Position numbers and translations under genes: made by a program. A stretch of DNA of 58,296 bases from Thermoplasmata archaeon (GTDB lineage Archaea; Thermoplasmatota; Thermoplasmata; RBG-16-68-12; EA-27): NCBI GenBank assembly GCA_035283165.1, contig DATEUK010000007.1, positions 1 through 58,296 on the forward strand. Reading direction: 5' to 3'. The notes beneath the pieces are model-generated. The model searched no databases. It was not told the DNA's origin and saw nothing but the letters and a program-made list of their open reading frames with translations. Below are positions 43,901 to 52,100 of this stretch, piece after piece (the stretch's first letter is position 1; the number at the start of each line of letters is the position of its first letter).

Positions 43901-46165
43901 CGCGTTCGCCACGGGCGGGCCGCTGAGGGCGTCGATCGATATCTTCGCCACGAAGACGTCGCCGGTGCCGCCGGAACTCGCGTTGAAAGCACCGGGGGTC
44001 ACCGGGAAGTCGATGGAATCCGTGGCTCCGGTCACGTAGGCGCTCCCGCCTGAATAAGCGTTCGAGAAGGCAACGTCGCCGCCTCCACCGCCGCCGAGGT
44101 AGGTCGAATAGAGGAGGGAGCCGCCCGTGGGGTCCAGCTTCGCCACGAAGGCGTCGCACACTCCGTCGAATCCCATGTCGTAGGCACCAGGGGTCACCGG
44201 GAAGTCGGTGGAGAACGTGCCTCCGGTCACGTAGGCAGCGCCGCTTGAGACAGCGATCGAAAAGCCAACGTCCCAGTCTACGCCGCCGAGGTAGGTCGAA
44301 TAGAGGAGGGAGCCGCCCGTGGGGTCCAGCTTCGCCACGAAGGCGTCCCCGCCAGTTCCTCCAGTCGTGTTGAAAGCACCGGAAGTCACCGGGAAGTCGA
44401 TGGAGAGCGTTTCTCCGGTCACGTAGGCAGCGCCGCTTGAGACAGCGATCGAAAAGCCCCTGTCCCAGTCTTCGCCGCCGAGGTAGGTCGAATAGAGGAG
44501 GGAGCCGCCCGTGGGGTCCAGCTTCGCCACGAAGGCGTCCCCAAGGGTACCTCCAGTCGTGTTGAAAGCACCGGGGGTCACCGGGAAGTCGGTCGAGTCC
44601 GTGAATCCGGTCACGTAGGCAGCGCCGCTTGAAACAGCAATCGAAAAGGCCCTGTCCCAGTTTACGCCGCCGAGGTAGGTCGAATGGAGGAGGGAGCCGC
44701 CCGTGAGGTCCAGCTTGGCCACGAAGGCGTCTCCGGCGATCCCTCCGGTCGTGTTGAAAGCACCGGGGGTCACCGGGAAGTCGGATGAATACGTTTCTCC
44801 GGTCACGTAGGCGTGGTCGGTTGAGACAGCGATCGAAAAGCCAACGTCCCAGTCTACGCCGCCGAGGTAGGTCGAATAGAGGAGGGAGCCGCCCGTGGGG
44901 TCCAGCTTGGCCACGAAGGCGTCTCCGGCGATCCCTCCGGTCGTGTTGAAAGCACCGGGGGTCACCGGGAAGTCGGTCGAGTCTGTGAATCCGGTCACGT
45001 ATGCGCTACCGTTGGAAACCGCGATCGAACGGCCAATGTCATAGCCCGCACCGCCGAGGTAGGTCGCGTATAGAAGGGAGCTGCCCGCGGGGCTAAGCTT
45101 GGCGACAAAGGCATCCCCAAGGGAACCTCCGGTCGTGTTGAAAGCGCCGGGAGTCACCGGGAAGTCGGTCGAGTCTGTGAATCCGGTCACGTATGCGCTA
45201 CCGTTGGAAACCGCGATCGAACGGCCAAAGTCGTAGCCTGCTCCCCCGAGGAGGGCCGCGTAAACGAGCGGGTCGATGAGAAGGGGACGGGACTCGTCCA
45301 TGCCTCGGCAGTCGAATCCGCTGGTCAGCCGAGAACGGAGAGCGAAAGCGCAGGGAACGAGATTCTCCCCCTGGTAGGCCACCGGAGCGGTGTCCCGGAC
45401 AGGCCCTAGGAGCGTGTGGACCCGCAGATCGCCGGTCTCGCCCACCTCAAGGCCGTCGGCCCCCTCATATGACAGAGCGATTACGGTCGGGTCCGCGCCC
45501 GGGTCGAGGCGGAACTCGTACTTCAGCCCCTCCGAGCCGAACCGGTACACGAGGTCGATACCCTCGTAGAGGCCCTCGTACACGACTTCGGAGTAGCTCC
45601 GCACGTGGGTCCGCCACGCCGCGGGATCGTTCCCGAGGAAGAAGTGGCTTCGGTGCGGCAATTCACCGCGGCCTTTGGGGACGATGGGGTTCGCCCCTTC
45701 GAAAGTAAGGCGGATGAGGACGCCTCGCGCGGTGGAGAGAGGTTCAGCGTCGGTCAGGCCCGCCCGTTCCGTTGAAAGAAGGTCCACTCGCGCCGGGGGG
45801 GAGCGCTCTTGCAACTTGAAGAGCACGCCGGAGGGGATGAACCCGACATCCATGCTGCCCGAGGACGTGTAGAACCGCACGTCCCGATTCCCTACCTGGC
45901 CAGCGTTTTCCGAGAATCCCGCGCCGAGGAGGGTCCCCAAGGCATCGGAGCCCGGAATCGGAATCGTGGGAGGGGTGAGGTTGTCGGAGGTGGCGGTGGA
46001 AGTCGCGCCCGGAGGCGGCGCGAGCAGGAGCAGAGCCCCTCCGACCGCGGCTACCAGCAGATTTCGGCTCGTCGCCCCCAGGCATCGCCGGCCCCTCACG
46101 TCCAATCCTCCTCGACTCGGGCCATCGAATCTCGTTCGCTTAACCTTTGTGACACCGCATATCAC
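40988..46165 (-). CDS. Giant surface protein (1725 aa): signal peptide, 7 SBBP beta-propeller repeats, ~10 PKD/Ig-like domains, TM anchor and an acidic tail
   Basis: The SBBP unit is AYVTGFTDSTDFPVTPGAFNTTGG..DAFVAKLDPTGGSLLYSTYLGG. The PKD linkers (N)RPP(V/I/T)A(N/D)AGPDQ recur. C-terminal TM span VLLIVVILAILVLFGLFVLAAW. Confidence 0.85.
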   Translation of the reverse strand: MICGVTKVKRTRFDGPSRGGLDVRGRRCLGATSRNLLVAAVGGALLLLAPPPGATSTATSDNLTPPTIPIPGSDALGTLLGAGFSENAGQVGNRDVRFYTSSGSMDVGFIPSGVLFKLQERSPPARVDLLSTERAGLTDAEPLSTARGVLIRLTFEGANPIVPKGRGELPHRSHFFLGNDPAAWRTHVRSYSEVVYEGLYEGIDLVYRFGSEGLKYEFRLDPGADPTVIALSYEGADGLEVGETGDLRVHTLLGPVRDTAPVAYQGENLVPCAFALRSRLTSGFDCRGMDESRPLLIDPLVYAALLGGAGYDFGRSIAVSNGSAYVTGFTDSTDFPVTPGAFNTTGGSLGDAFVAKLSPAGSSLLYATYLGGAGYDIGRSIAVSNGSAYVTGFTDSTDFPVTPGAFNTTGGIAGDAFVAKLDPTGGSLLYSTYLGGVDWDVGFSIAVSTDHAYVTGETYSSDFPVTPGAFNTTGGIAGDAFVAKLDLTGGSLLHSTYLGGVNWDRAFSIAVSSGAAYVTGFTDSTDFPVTPGAFNTTGGTLGDAFVAKLDPTGGSLLYSTYLGGEDWDRGFSIAVSSGAAYVTGETLSIDFPVTSGAFNTTGGTGGDAFVAKLDPTGGSLLYSTYLGGVDWDVGFSIAVSSGAAYVTGGTFSTDFPVTPGAYDMGFDGVCDAFVAKLDPTGGSLLYSTYLGGGGGGDVAFSNAYSGGSAYVTGATDSIDFPVTPGAFNASSGGTGDVFVAKISIDALSGPPVANAGPDQMSVRNATVTLDGSASFDPDGDPITFNWTQVAGPNLLPIPDADTSVASVVPTMVGTYTFNLTVTDNRTESDSDWIDVVILNQGPIADAGPDQMTFENALVALDGSASVDPDGDLLAYNWTQTAGPQPVTLNGPDTAIASFTASNGAFASGVYIFSLRVTDPLGTNETDGTNVTVANRPPVADAGPDQNAAKFSNVTLNGSNSSDPDAEPITYFWWQTGGPSRVTLTTPFAAITNFTTAGAGIYTFDLFVYDPEGTNVSDSVSVSVANAAPTGNLTVTPNPLQTGALADVDARGSVDGDGTIVQYNFTFGDGSGSGNVTTSLVPHAWAAAGTYAVNVTVWDDEGASDTATVLVTVFVDDPPTAVAAVTPGTTGTLATLFSFDASASTDDHGVVRWLWDFGDGSTATTQVAAHTYATRSIFVVTLTVWDAFNQNDTDALTINVVNRPPIANAGPDQAGFLKGVVVTLDGTGSADPDGDPLSFSWTQIGGPIVIILANPNAATATFTPTIAGLYMLRLAVDDLDGGTDTDDVAVDVWNMAPVADLTADRLSALTGQTITFDGSVSTDPDGTIASWTLAFGDGNSANGGGPPTTAAHAYAAAGTYVATLTVTDDEGSTDDATLSVTITVDLPPDADAGPDQTGTLATTFSFDGSASADDQGIVAWRWDFGDGDTATTETATHLYATRATFTVTLTVWDAIDQFDTDTLTIGVGNRPPIANAGQDQDVLKRSLVTLDASLSSDPDPDTLSFAWFQVSGLAVSLTGPNTATPTFTPPTSGVYTFRVDVMDDNGGLSQDTVAVGAMNRPPTANAGPDQRTVIVGALVTLDGTLSSDPDGDPLTYTWTGISGPPSVTLTNANSATPAFAATAAGTYVFSLIVSDGTDASASDTVTIVVEPANPLTRVETVLLIVVILAILVLFGLFVLAAWRRRKKPEDEVEVGTREEIEDAGIGAEPRDGVAVEPKPREDEPEL
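43930..45270 (-). repeat. Seven tandem ~189-192-nt coding repeats (the SBBP blades) with long identical nucleotide runs
   Basis: For example, 44961-45036 and 45153-45228 are a 76-nt perfect repeat at 192-nt spacing. Confidence 0.85.
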
Positions 46166-46211
46166 GGGTGAGGAAGTGCAGGTGCGCCACGAGGCAGGGT
46201 CCCGGGAGAGC

Positions 46212-46219
46212 CTTAATAC
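46212..46219 (+). promoter_or_regulatory. TATA-like box for the UPF0200 / UPF0201 / AcnX operon
   Basis: CTTAATAC lies 24-31 nt upstream of ATG 46243. Confidence 0.4.
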
Positions 46220-46242
46220 GGCGGTCCCTTTGCACCGCCAAA

Positions 46243-46776
46243 ATGCCCGTAATCTGCGTCACCGGCATGCCGGGCTGCGGGAAGGAGGAGCTGCTCAAGG
46301 TCGCGGCGGAGCGCGGGCTGGCGGTCGTCCGCATGGGCGACATCGTCCGCGAGGAGGCGCACCGGCGCGGCCTGAAGTTCAGCGACGAGAGCGTCGGGGG
46401 CATGGCCCACGAGGAGCGCGTGAAGCACGGCTTCGGAGTCTGGGCGGAGCGGACGATCCCGCGCATACGGGACGAAGTGACCGTGATCGACGGCATCCGC
46501 GGTCGCGAGGAACTCGACGTGTTCCGACGCGCCTTCGGGGAGCGCCTCATCGTCGTCGCGATCCACGCCTCCCCCGCGATCCGGCACGATCGGATCCGGA
46601 AACGAGCGCGGGGCGATGACGCCGTGTCCTGGGAGGAGTTCCTCCGCCGTGACGACCGCGAGCTCGGGTGGGGACTCGGCGAGGTGATCGCGACGGCGGA
46701 CCGCATGGTTGTGAACGAAGGGGGCATCGAGGAGATGCAGCAACGGTGCCGCGACCTCCTCGACGCAGTCGCGTGA
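46243..46776 (+). CDS. UPF0200-type P-loop nucleotide kinase (dephospho-CoA-kinase-like fold)
   Basis: MPVICVTGMPGCGKEE (Walker A), IDGIRGREE and RDDRELGWG. Confidence 0.75.
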   Translation: MPVICVTGMPGCGKEELLKVAAERGLAVVRMGDIVREEAHRRGLKFSDESVGGMAHEERVKHGFGVWAERTIPRIRDEVTVIDGIRGREELDVFRRAFGERLIVVAIHASPAIRHDRIRKRARGDDAVSWEEFLRRDDRELGWGLGEVIATADRMVVNEGGIEEMQQRCRDLLDAVA

Positions 46777-46781
46777 CTTCC

Positions 46782-47201
46782 ATGTTCCACTGGATCGAGG
46801 CCCGTGCGTTCTGCCATGCCACGGAGGACGAGGAGAAGGTCTTGGCGGCGCTCCACACCGTCCTCCCGGAGGGCGAAGTCCGGCGCGACGCCCTCGAGGG
46901 CCACTTCGGGAACCCTCTGGTCATCCTCGCCGCGCGGACGGAAACGTACCCGGGCACGAAGTCAGCCTGGCGGCGCATCGCAGAGGCCCTCGGCCCTAAG
47001 GAGATCCTCCAGGACGTCGAGGCGCGGATCGACGAGGATCTCGTGTATCATCTCCGCCTGGACAAGCAACGCGCCTGTCTCGGAGCGATTCATCGGGCCG
47101 GAGGCGCGGACGTGATCGATGTCAAAGCGAAGGTGGCGACATTCCCGAGGAAACGCGAGCTTGCGATCCAGGCGCTACGTGAGTCGGTCGGAGGGTCCTG
47201 A
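46782..47201 (+). CDS. UPF0201 / DUF54-like predicted RNA-binding protein
   Basis: MFHWIEARAFCHATEDEEKVLAALHTVLP...GNPLVILAAR...YHLRLDKQRA. It is the typical partner of UPF0200 genes in archaea. Confidence 0.65.
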   Translation: MFHWIEARAFCHATEDEEKVLAALHTVLPEGEVRRDALEGHFGNPLVILAARTETYPGTKSAWRRIAEALGPKEILQDVEARIDEDLVYHLRLDKQRACLGAIHRAGGADVIDVKAKVATFPRKRELAIQALRESVGGS

Positions 47202-48364
47202 TGCACCTGGAGGCGGACGAGGAGCGGATGGCCATCGAGGGCACGCCCGCGGAACGGCTCTCGATGAAGATCCTGAAGACCCTCGGGGACGTCTACGGGG
47301 CGGACCGCCTAATCCCCATCGCGAGCGCCCACGTTTCGGGCGCGTCCCCGCGAACACTCGGTGAGGCCGGAATCGAGTTCCTCGAGGGGTTCGCGACCTC
47401 TGCCAAGGTGCGCGTCCGCACGACCGTGAACCCGACGGGAATGGACCCGGATCGATGGCGCGAACTCGGCGTGCCAGAGGCGGAGATCCGGTCGCAGGAG
47501 CGAATCGTGGCGGCATACTCGAAGATGGGCATCGAGCCCACGTTCTCGTGCACGCCTTACCTGGTGGGGAACCGCCCCAGGTTCGGCGACCACCTCGCGT
47601 GGGCGGAATCCTCCGCCGTCGTGTTCGCGAACGCGGTGCTCGGGGCGCGGTCGAACCGGGAAGGCGGTCCCTCGGCGCTCGCAGCGGCGGTGATCGGTCG
47701 AACGCCGGACTATGGACTTCATCGGGACGAGGACCGGATGGCGACCCACGTCGTGGACGTGGACGTCCCGATGCGGGGGTATCGATGGTCCCTCCTCGGG
47801 CTCCATCTTGGTGCGGTCATCGGCGACGGGGTGCCCTACCTCCGCGGCGTCTCGGCGGCGGACTCGGATCTGAAGTGGTTCGGGGCGGCCCTCGCGGCCT
47901 CGGGCAACATCGGCATGTTCCACGTCGAGGGGACGACGCCCGAATGGCGGCAGGCGAATCCCCGGGGGTTGCCGAAGGTCTCCGTCACCGAGGCGGATCT
48001 GCTCGCGACGAAGGAGAGGCACACGTCGGGTGTCGAGCCAGACGCGATCGGCCTCGGGTCCCCGCAGCTGTCCGCCGACGAGCTACGGCACCTCGCAGAG
48101 CTGATCGAGCGTCACCGCCCGCGGCCGCGGGTGTACGCATTCACGAGCCGCGCCGCGCGGGCAGAGGCCGGCGACGCCGCCAAACGGATCGAGGCTCTCG
48201 GTCACGTCGTGCTCGTCGACACGTGTCTCGAGGTGGCGCCGATGGACCTGTGGGCGAAGACCACCGCCACGCCTTCGGGGAAGGGCGCCGTCTACCTGCC
48301 GACGTTGTGCGGGCAGAAGGTCGTACTCGACGATCTGGAGGAACTCCTCCGGAGGTTCGCATGA
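47201..48364 (+). CDS. Aconitase X catalytic (large) subunit, DUF521; candidate phosphomevalonate dehydratase large subunit
   Basis: MKILKTLGDVYGADRLIPIASAHVSG, FSCTPYL, WAESSAVVFANAVLGARSNREGG and MFHVEGTTPE. Its start overlaps the upstream stop (TGATG). Confidence 0.8.
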   Translation: MHLEADEERMAIEGTPAERLSMKILKTLGDVYGADRLIPIASAHVSGASPRTLGEAGIEFLEGFATSAKVRVRTTVNPTGMDPDRWRELGVPEAEIRSQERIVAAYSKMGIEPTFSCTPYLVGNRPRFGDHLAWAESSAVVFANAVLGARSNREGGPSALAAAVIGRTPDYGLHRDEDRMATHVVDVDVPMRGYRWSLLGLHLGAVIGDGVPYLRGVSAADSDLKWFGAALAASGNIGMFHVEGTTPEWRQANPRGLPKVSVTEADLLATKERHTSGVEPDAIGLGSPQLSADELRHLAELIERHRPRPRVYAFTSRAARAEAGDAAKRIEALGHVVLVDTCLEVAPMDLWAKTTATPSGKGAVYLPTLCGQKVVLDDLEELLRRFA

Positions 48365-49143
48365 GGCTCGTCGGACGAACCGTCGTGGCGGGTCTGGCGG
48401 AGGGCCCCGTCCTCGCCTCGGACCGACCGCTCTCTCTCCTTGGCGGCGTGGACAACGAGACGGGCGAGGTCCGCGACCCGGAGAGCCCGCTGCGTGGAGA
48501 GCGGCTCGGAGGCCGCGTCCTCGTCGTACCGCACGGGAAGGGGAGCACGGTCGGCTCCTACGTTCTGTACGCGCTCCGGAAGCGGAATGCAGCCCCACGC
48601 GCGATCCTCGTCTCCAAGGCGGACACGATCCTTGCGGTCGGTGCCGTCCTTGCGGAGGTCCCGATGGTGGACCGGATTCCCGTGGATGTCTTGCGTACGG
48701 GGGACCGGGTCGTCGTGGATGCGGCCGCCGCCATCGTCGACGCCCCCGACCTCGTGGAACGGGACGTGGTGACGTCCTTCCTGGAGCGGGAGGGTCGCAT
48801 CCTGGTCGTCCGGCGCAGCGAACAGGTCGGCTCCTTCCGGGGGAAGTGGTCCGGCGTCTCCGGGTTCCTCGAGGGCGTGGACGCGGAGGCCCACGCCCGT
48901 CGCGAGATCGAGGAGGAGACGGGGCTCACGGACGTACGACTCCTGGCGGCGGGCCCCGTGGTCCGGAGCCGAGGACCGGACAACACCGTGTACGCGATTC
49001 GACCGCATCGGTTCGCCTCCCGCGCGGGAGGCGTCCGGCTCGATTGGGAAAACGTCGAATACCGCTGGGTGGTGCCGGCGGAGCTCGCGGGCCTGGACGC
49101 GGTGCCGAAGCTCCGGGCCGCGTACGAGGCGACCCTAGGCTGA
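48361..49143 (+). CDS. Fusion of the aconitase X swivel (small) subunit, DUF126, with a C-terminal Nudix hydrolase domain
   Basis: N-terminal half: GLAEGPVLASDRPLSLLGGVDNETGEV...VVPHGKGSTVGSYVLYAL...AAPRAILV. C-terminal half has the Nudix box GFLEGVDAEAHARREIEEETGL. ATGA overlap with the upstream gene. Confidence 0.8.
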   Translation: MRLVGRTVVAGLAEGPVLASDRPLSLLGGVDNETGEVRDPESPLRGERLGGRVLVVPHGKGSTVGSYVLYALRKRNAAPRAILVSKADTILAVGAVLAEVPMVDRIPVDVLRTGDRVVVDAAAAIVDAPDLVERDVVTSFLEREGRILVVRRSEQVGSFRGKWSGVSGFLEGVDAEAHARREIEEETGLTDVRLLAAGPVVRSRGPDNTVYAIRPHRFASRAGGVRLDWENVEYRWVVPAELAGLDAVPKLRAAYEATLG

Positions 49144-52100
49144 CGGGACCGGCACGGTCACGACGCCGTCGACTTCCTTCTCGAGCAGGTTCAACTGATG
49201 CGCGTCGAGCGTCGCGGGGTTCACGGACAGCACCATGGTCGCCCCGTTGATCGCGACCTGGTCCCGCAACGCCTGCACGAGCCGGAGGACGGTCAGGAAG
49301 TTGTTGTTCGTGATGAGGTATTCGATCCCGTCGAGGAGGACGAGCCCCGCCTCTTTCACGATGAACTGCTCGAGCGCGAGGGACAGCTTCTCCAGGTCCT
49401 TCGGCCGCACGCTGTCGTCCTTGCCCACGTTGCTGAGCCACAGGATCGGGACGTCCGCCGGGATCCCAAACTTCTCGCGGACCTTGGCGGGGTACACGCG
49501 GGTGACGCAGAAGCCACGCCGTCCCTTCCGGAGCGCGTCCAGGAAGAGAGCGTACGACTGCTGGGGCTTCTCCTCCTTCACGAGATATGTGGACGACGCG
49601 CCCGGCTCCATCGCGGGTGCGGGGAGCGCCTCCTGGATCGGTGCTTGGACGCGGACCGCGACCGGAGTGGGCGCCATCGTGGGGGCCTCAGCGACGGGTT
49701 CCATGGCCCGTGGGGCCGGGGCGGCGGCGACCGGAACGGCCACGGCCGGCGTTTCGGGCGCAGGCTCCGGCTCGGGCTTCGCCGGCTTCTCCGCGCCGAA
49801 CCCGCAGTGGGGGCAGGCGTACGTCCCCTTGGCGATCGGCTTCCCGCACGCCGGGCACGGCAGGGTCCCCTCGGGGAGCTCCCCGCACCGCCAGCAGCGT
49901 GACTCCTCGGGCCTCCCCGGTGCGCCACACACCGCGCAGGCGGGGACCTTCGCGGCGGGTTCCCGCCCGAGGAATTCCCAGATGCGCCGGGCGTCCCCCT
50001 CCTCGATCCCCTGGATGTGGAGGATCTCGTCGCGGCTCGCGGCGCGGACGGCTGCGAGGGTCTTGTATCCCGCATCGAACAGCGCGATCGCCTTCTTCTC
50101 CGTGATGCCGGGGATCTCCGTGAAGGCGTCCAACGCCTCCCGCATGTGGAGGGGGGTGATCCCGACCAGCAGCGACTCCCCCTCCACATTCGGCCACTCC
50201 ACGATGTACTCCTCGTCGACGTCGCCCGTTCCGATCGTGAGCGTGCGGCTCCGGACTTCCCGCGCGATGTACGACCGCCAGGGCTCCAGGGGGGCGACCA
50301 GCCCTTCGGGGACCCGGATGATGGCCCGGATGTAGTCCTCCACGTCGAGATCGATGTCCTTCCGCATCTGCTGCACGCGCCGCACGACCTCCCGTGCCAT
50401 GCCCTCCGCGCGGAGTTCGGGCGTGATCCGGAGGTCGATGAACAGCTCCCCGTACGGCGTCTCCGCACGCACGATTCCCTCCGGCAGGCGGTGCTCGACC
50501 CGCACCATGTTCGGCAGGATCTTGATGATCTGTCCCTCGATCCCCATCTTGTACTCCCCGTGCTCCTGCAGCTCCCGTTGGACCTCCGAGGCCGGACGCA
50601 TCTCGAGGATCGTCGCGATCTTCGACCACCACGCCTTGTACGCCTTCCCGATTGCCTGCGGGTCCGGCGACAGCGCGAGTTCCATCTCCGCGTACGGGGA
50701 GTCCTCGGCGAGGATCTGCACTTCCTTCACGTTCGCCATGTCCCGGAAGATGTGCAGGAGCTGTCGGATGGCGTCCGCCGCGTCCGCTGGCGCCCCCTGG
50801 ATCGTCACGGACCGCACCGGCCACCGGAGCTTCAGGTTCTCCTTCTGGCGCACCTTCGCCACGACGTCCACGAGATCCCGGATCGTGTTCATCGACCTCT
50901 CGAGGCCCGCGTTCAGGAAGTCCTCTCGGGATCGGGGCCAGTCCGCCATGTGCACGGAGAGCATGCGGCCGTCGAGGTCCTGGTAGATCTCCTCCGCGAT
51001 GTGCGGACAGAACGGGGCGAGGAGCCTGGCGGTCGTGACCAACGCCTCGTACAGCACCCTGTACGCCGCCATCTTGCCCCGGTCCTCGCCCTCCGCCCAC
51101 GTCCGGTCCCGAACGATCTTCACGTACCATCGCGAGAGGTCCTCGACGACGAACTCCTCGAGCGCGCGCGTCGCCCGGTGCAGCTCGTACGCTTCGAGCA
51201 GGGCCGTCATCGTCTCCTTGATCCGCTCCACCCGGGACAGCAGCCACCGGTCCTCCGGCGTGAGGTGTTTCACGACCTCGTCGAGCCGGTGCGCGTCCGG
51301 GTCGAATCGGTCCATCGCCATATACGTCGTCGCGAACCGGAGGACGTTGTACAGGATCGTCAGCGTCCGGCCCGCGTTCTTCACGTCCTCCCAGGAGAAC
51401 GTGACGTCCTCCCACGGCGCGTTCGCCCGCAGCAGGTACAGACGGAGGGCGTCGACCCCGTGTTTGGCGATGACCTCGAACGGTTCGATGTAGTTTCCCA
51501 GGGACTTGTGCATCTGCCTCCCGTCCGGGCCGTTCACCCACCCGTGCATGAGGACGGACTCGAACGGGGATCGGTCGAACGCAGCCACACCCAAGGTGAG
51601 CTGGGCGTTGAACCACCCGCGTGTCTGGTCGGGCCCTTCGACGATCCAGTCGACCGGCCACCACCGCTTGAACAGGTCCTTCGTCCGCGGAAGGTTGAGC
51701 TGCGCCCACGACGCGACCCCGGAGTCGAACCAGACGTCGAGGACGTCGGGCACGCGGCGTTCCGTCCCGCCGCACTTCGGGCACCGGAACGTGACCGCGT
51801 CGATCCACGGCCGGTGCAGGTCCATGCCCTCGCGGTAGTTCTGCCCCGCCCGCAACTCCTCCGTGGAACCGACGACGCGCAGGTCCCCGCACTTCTCGCA
51901 CACCCAAATCGGGAGGGGCGTGCCCCAGTACCGTTGCCGGGAGATTGTCCAGTCACGCAGGTTCGTCGTCCACTCCATCTGCCGGGCGGAACCCGCCCAG
52001 TCCGGGACCCATCGGACTCGCCGGATCTCTTCGATCATCTTCGCCCGTAGGGGGTCCACGCGGAGGAACCACTGCTCCGTGACCCGGAAGATGACCGGCG

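Noticed and set aside
40946-44053. A 1035-aa plus-strand ORF (and several others, e.g. 41097..42449-, 42477..43250-) overlapping the giant PKD gene.
   Set aside because: The translations are monotonous R/G/D/V/P strings with no motifs. They are antisense or out-of-frame shadows, as expected in ~70% G+C coding DNA. The minus-frame product has clear SBBP/PKD domain structure.
43930-45270. Regularly spaced repeats, considered as a possible CRISPR array or IS remnant.
   Set aside because: The repeats are in frame, ~190 nt long and contiguous without unique spacers. They encode SBBP propeller blades. No CRISPR-like short repeat-spacer pattern exists anywhere in the window.
49688-52050. A 739-aa minus out-of-frame ORF and a 677-aa plus ORF inside ileS.
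   Set aside because: Both are shadow ORFs with R/G/P/D-rich translations. The IleRS frame is continuous and motif-bearing.
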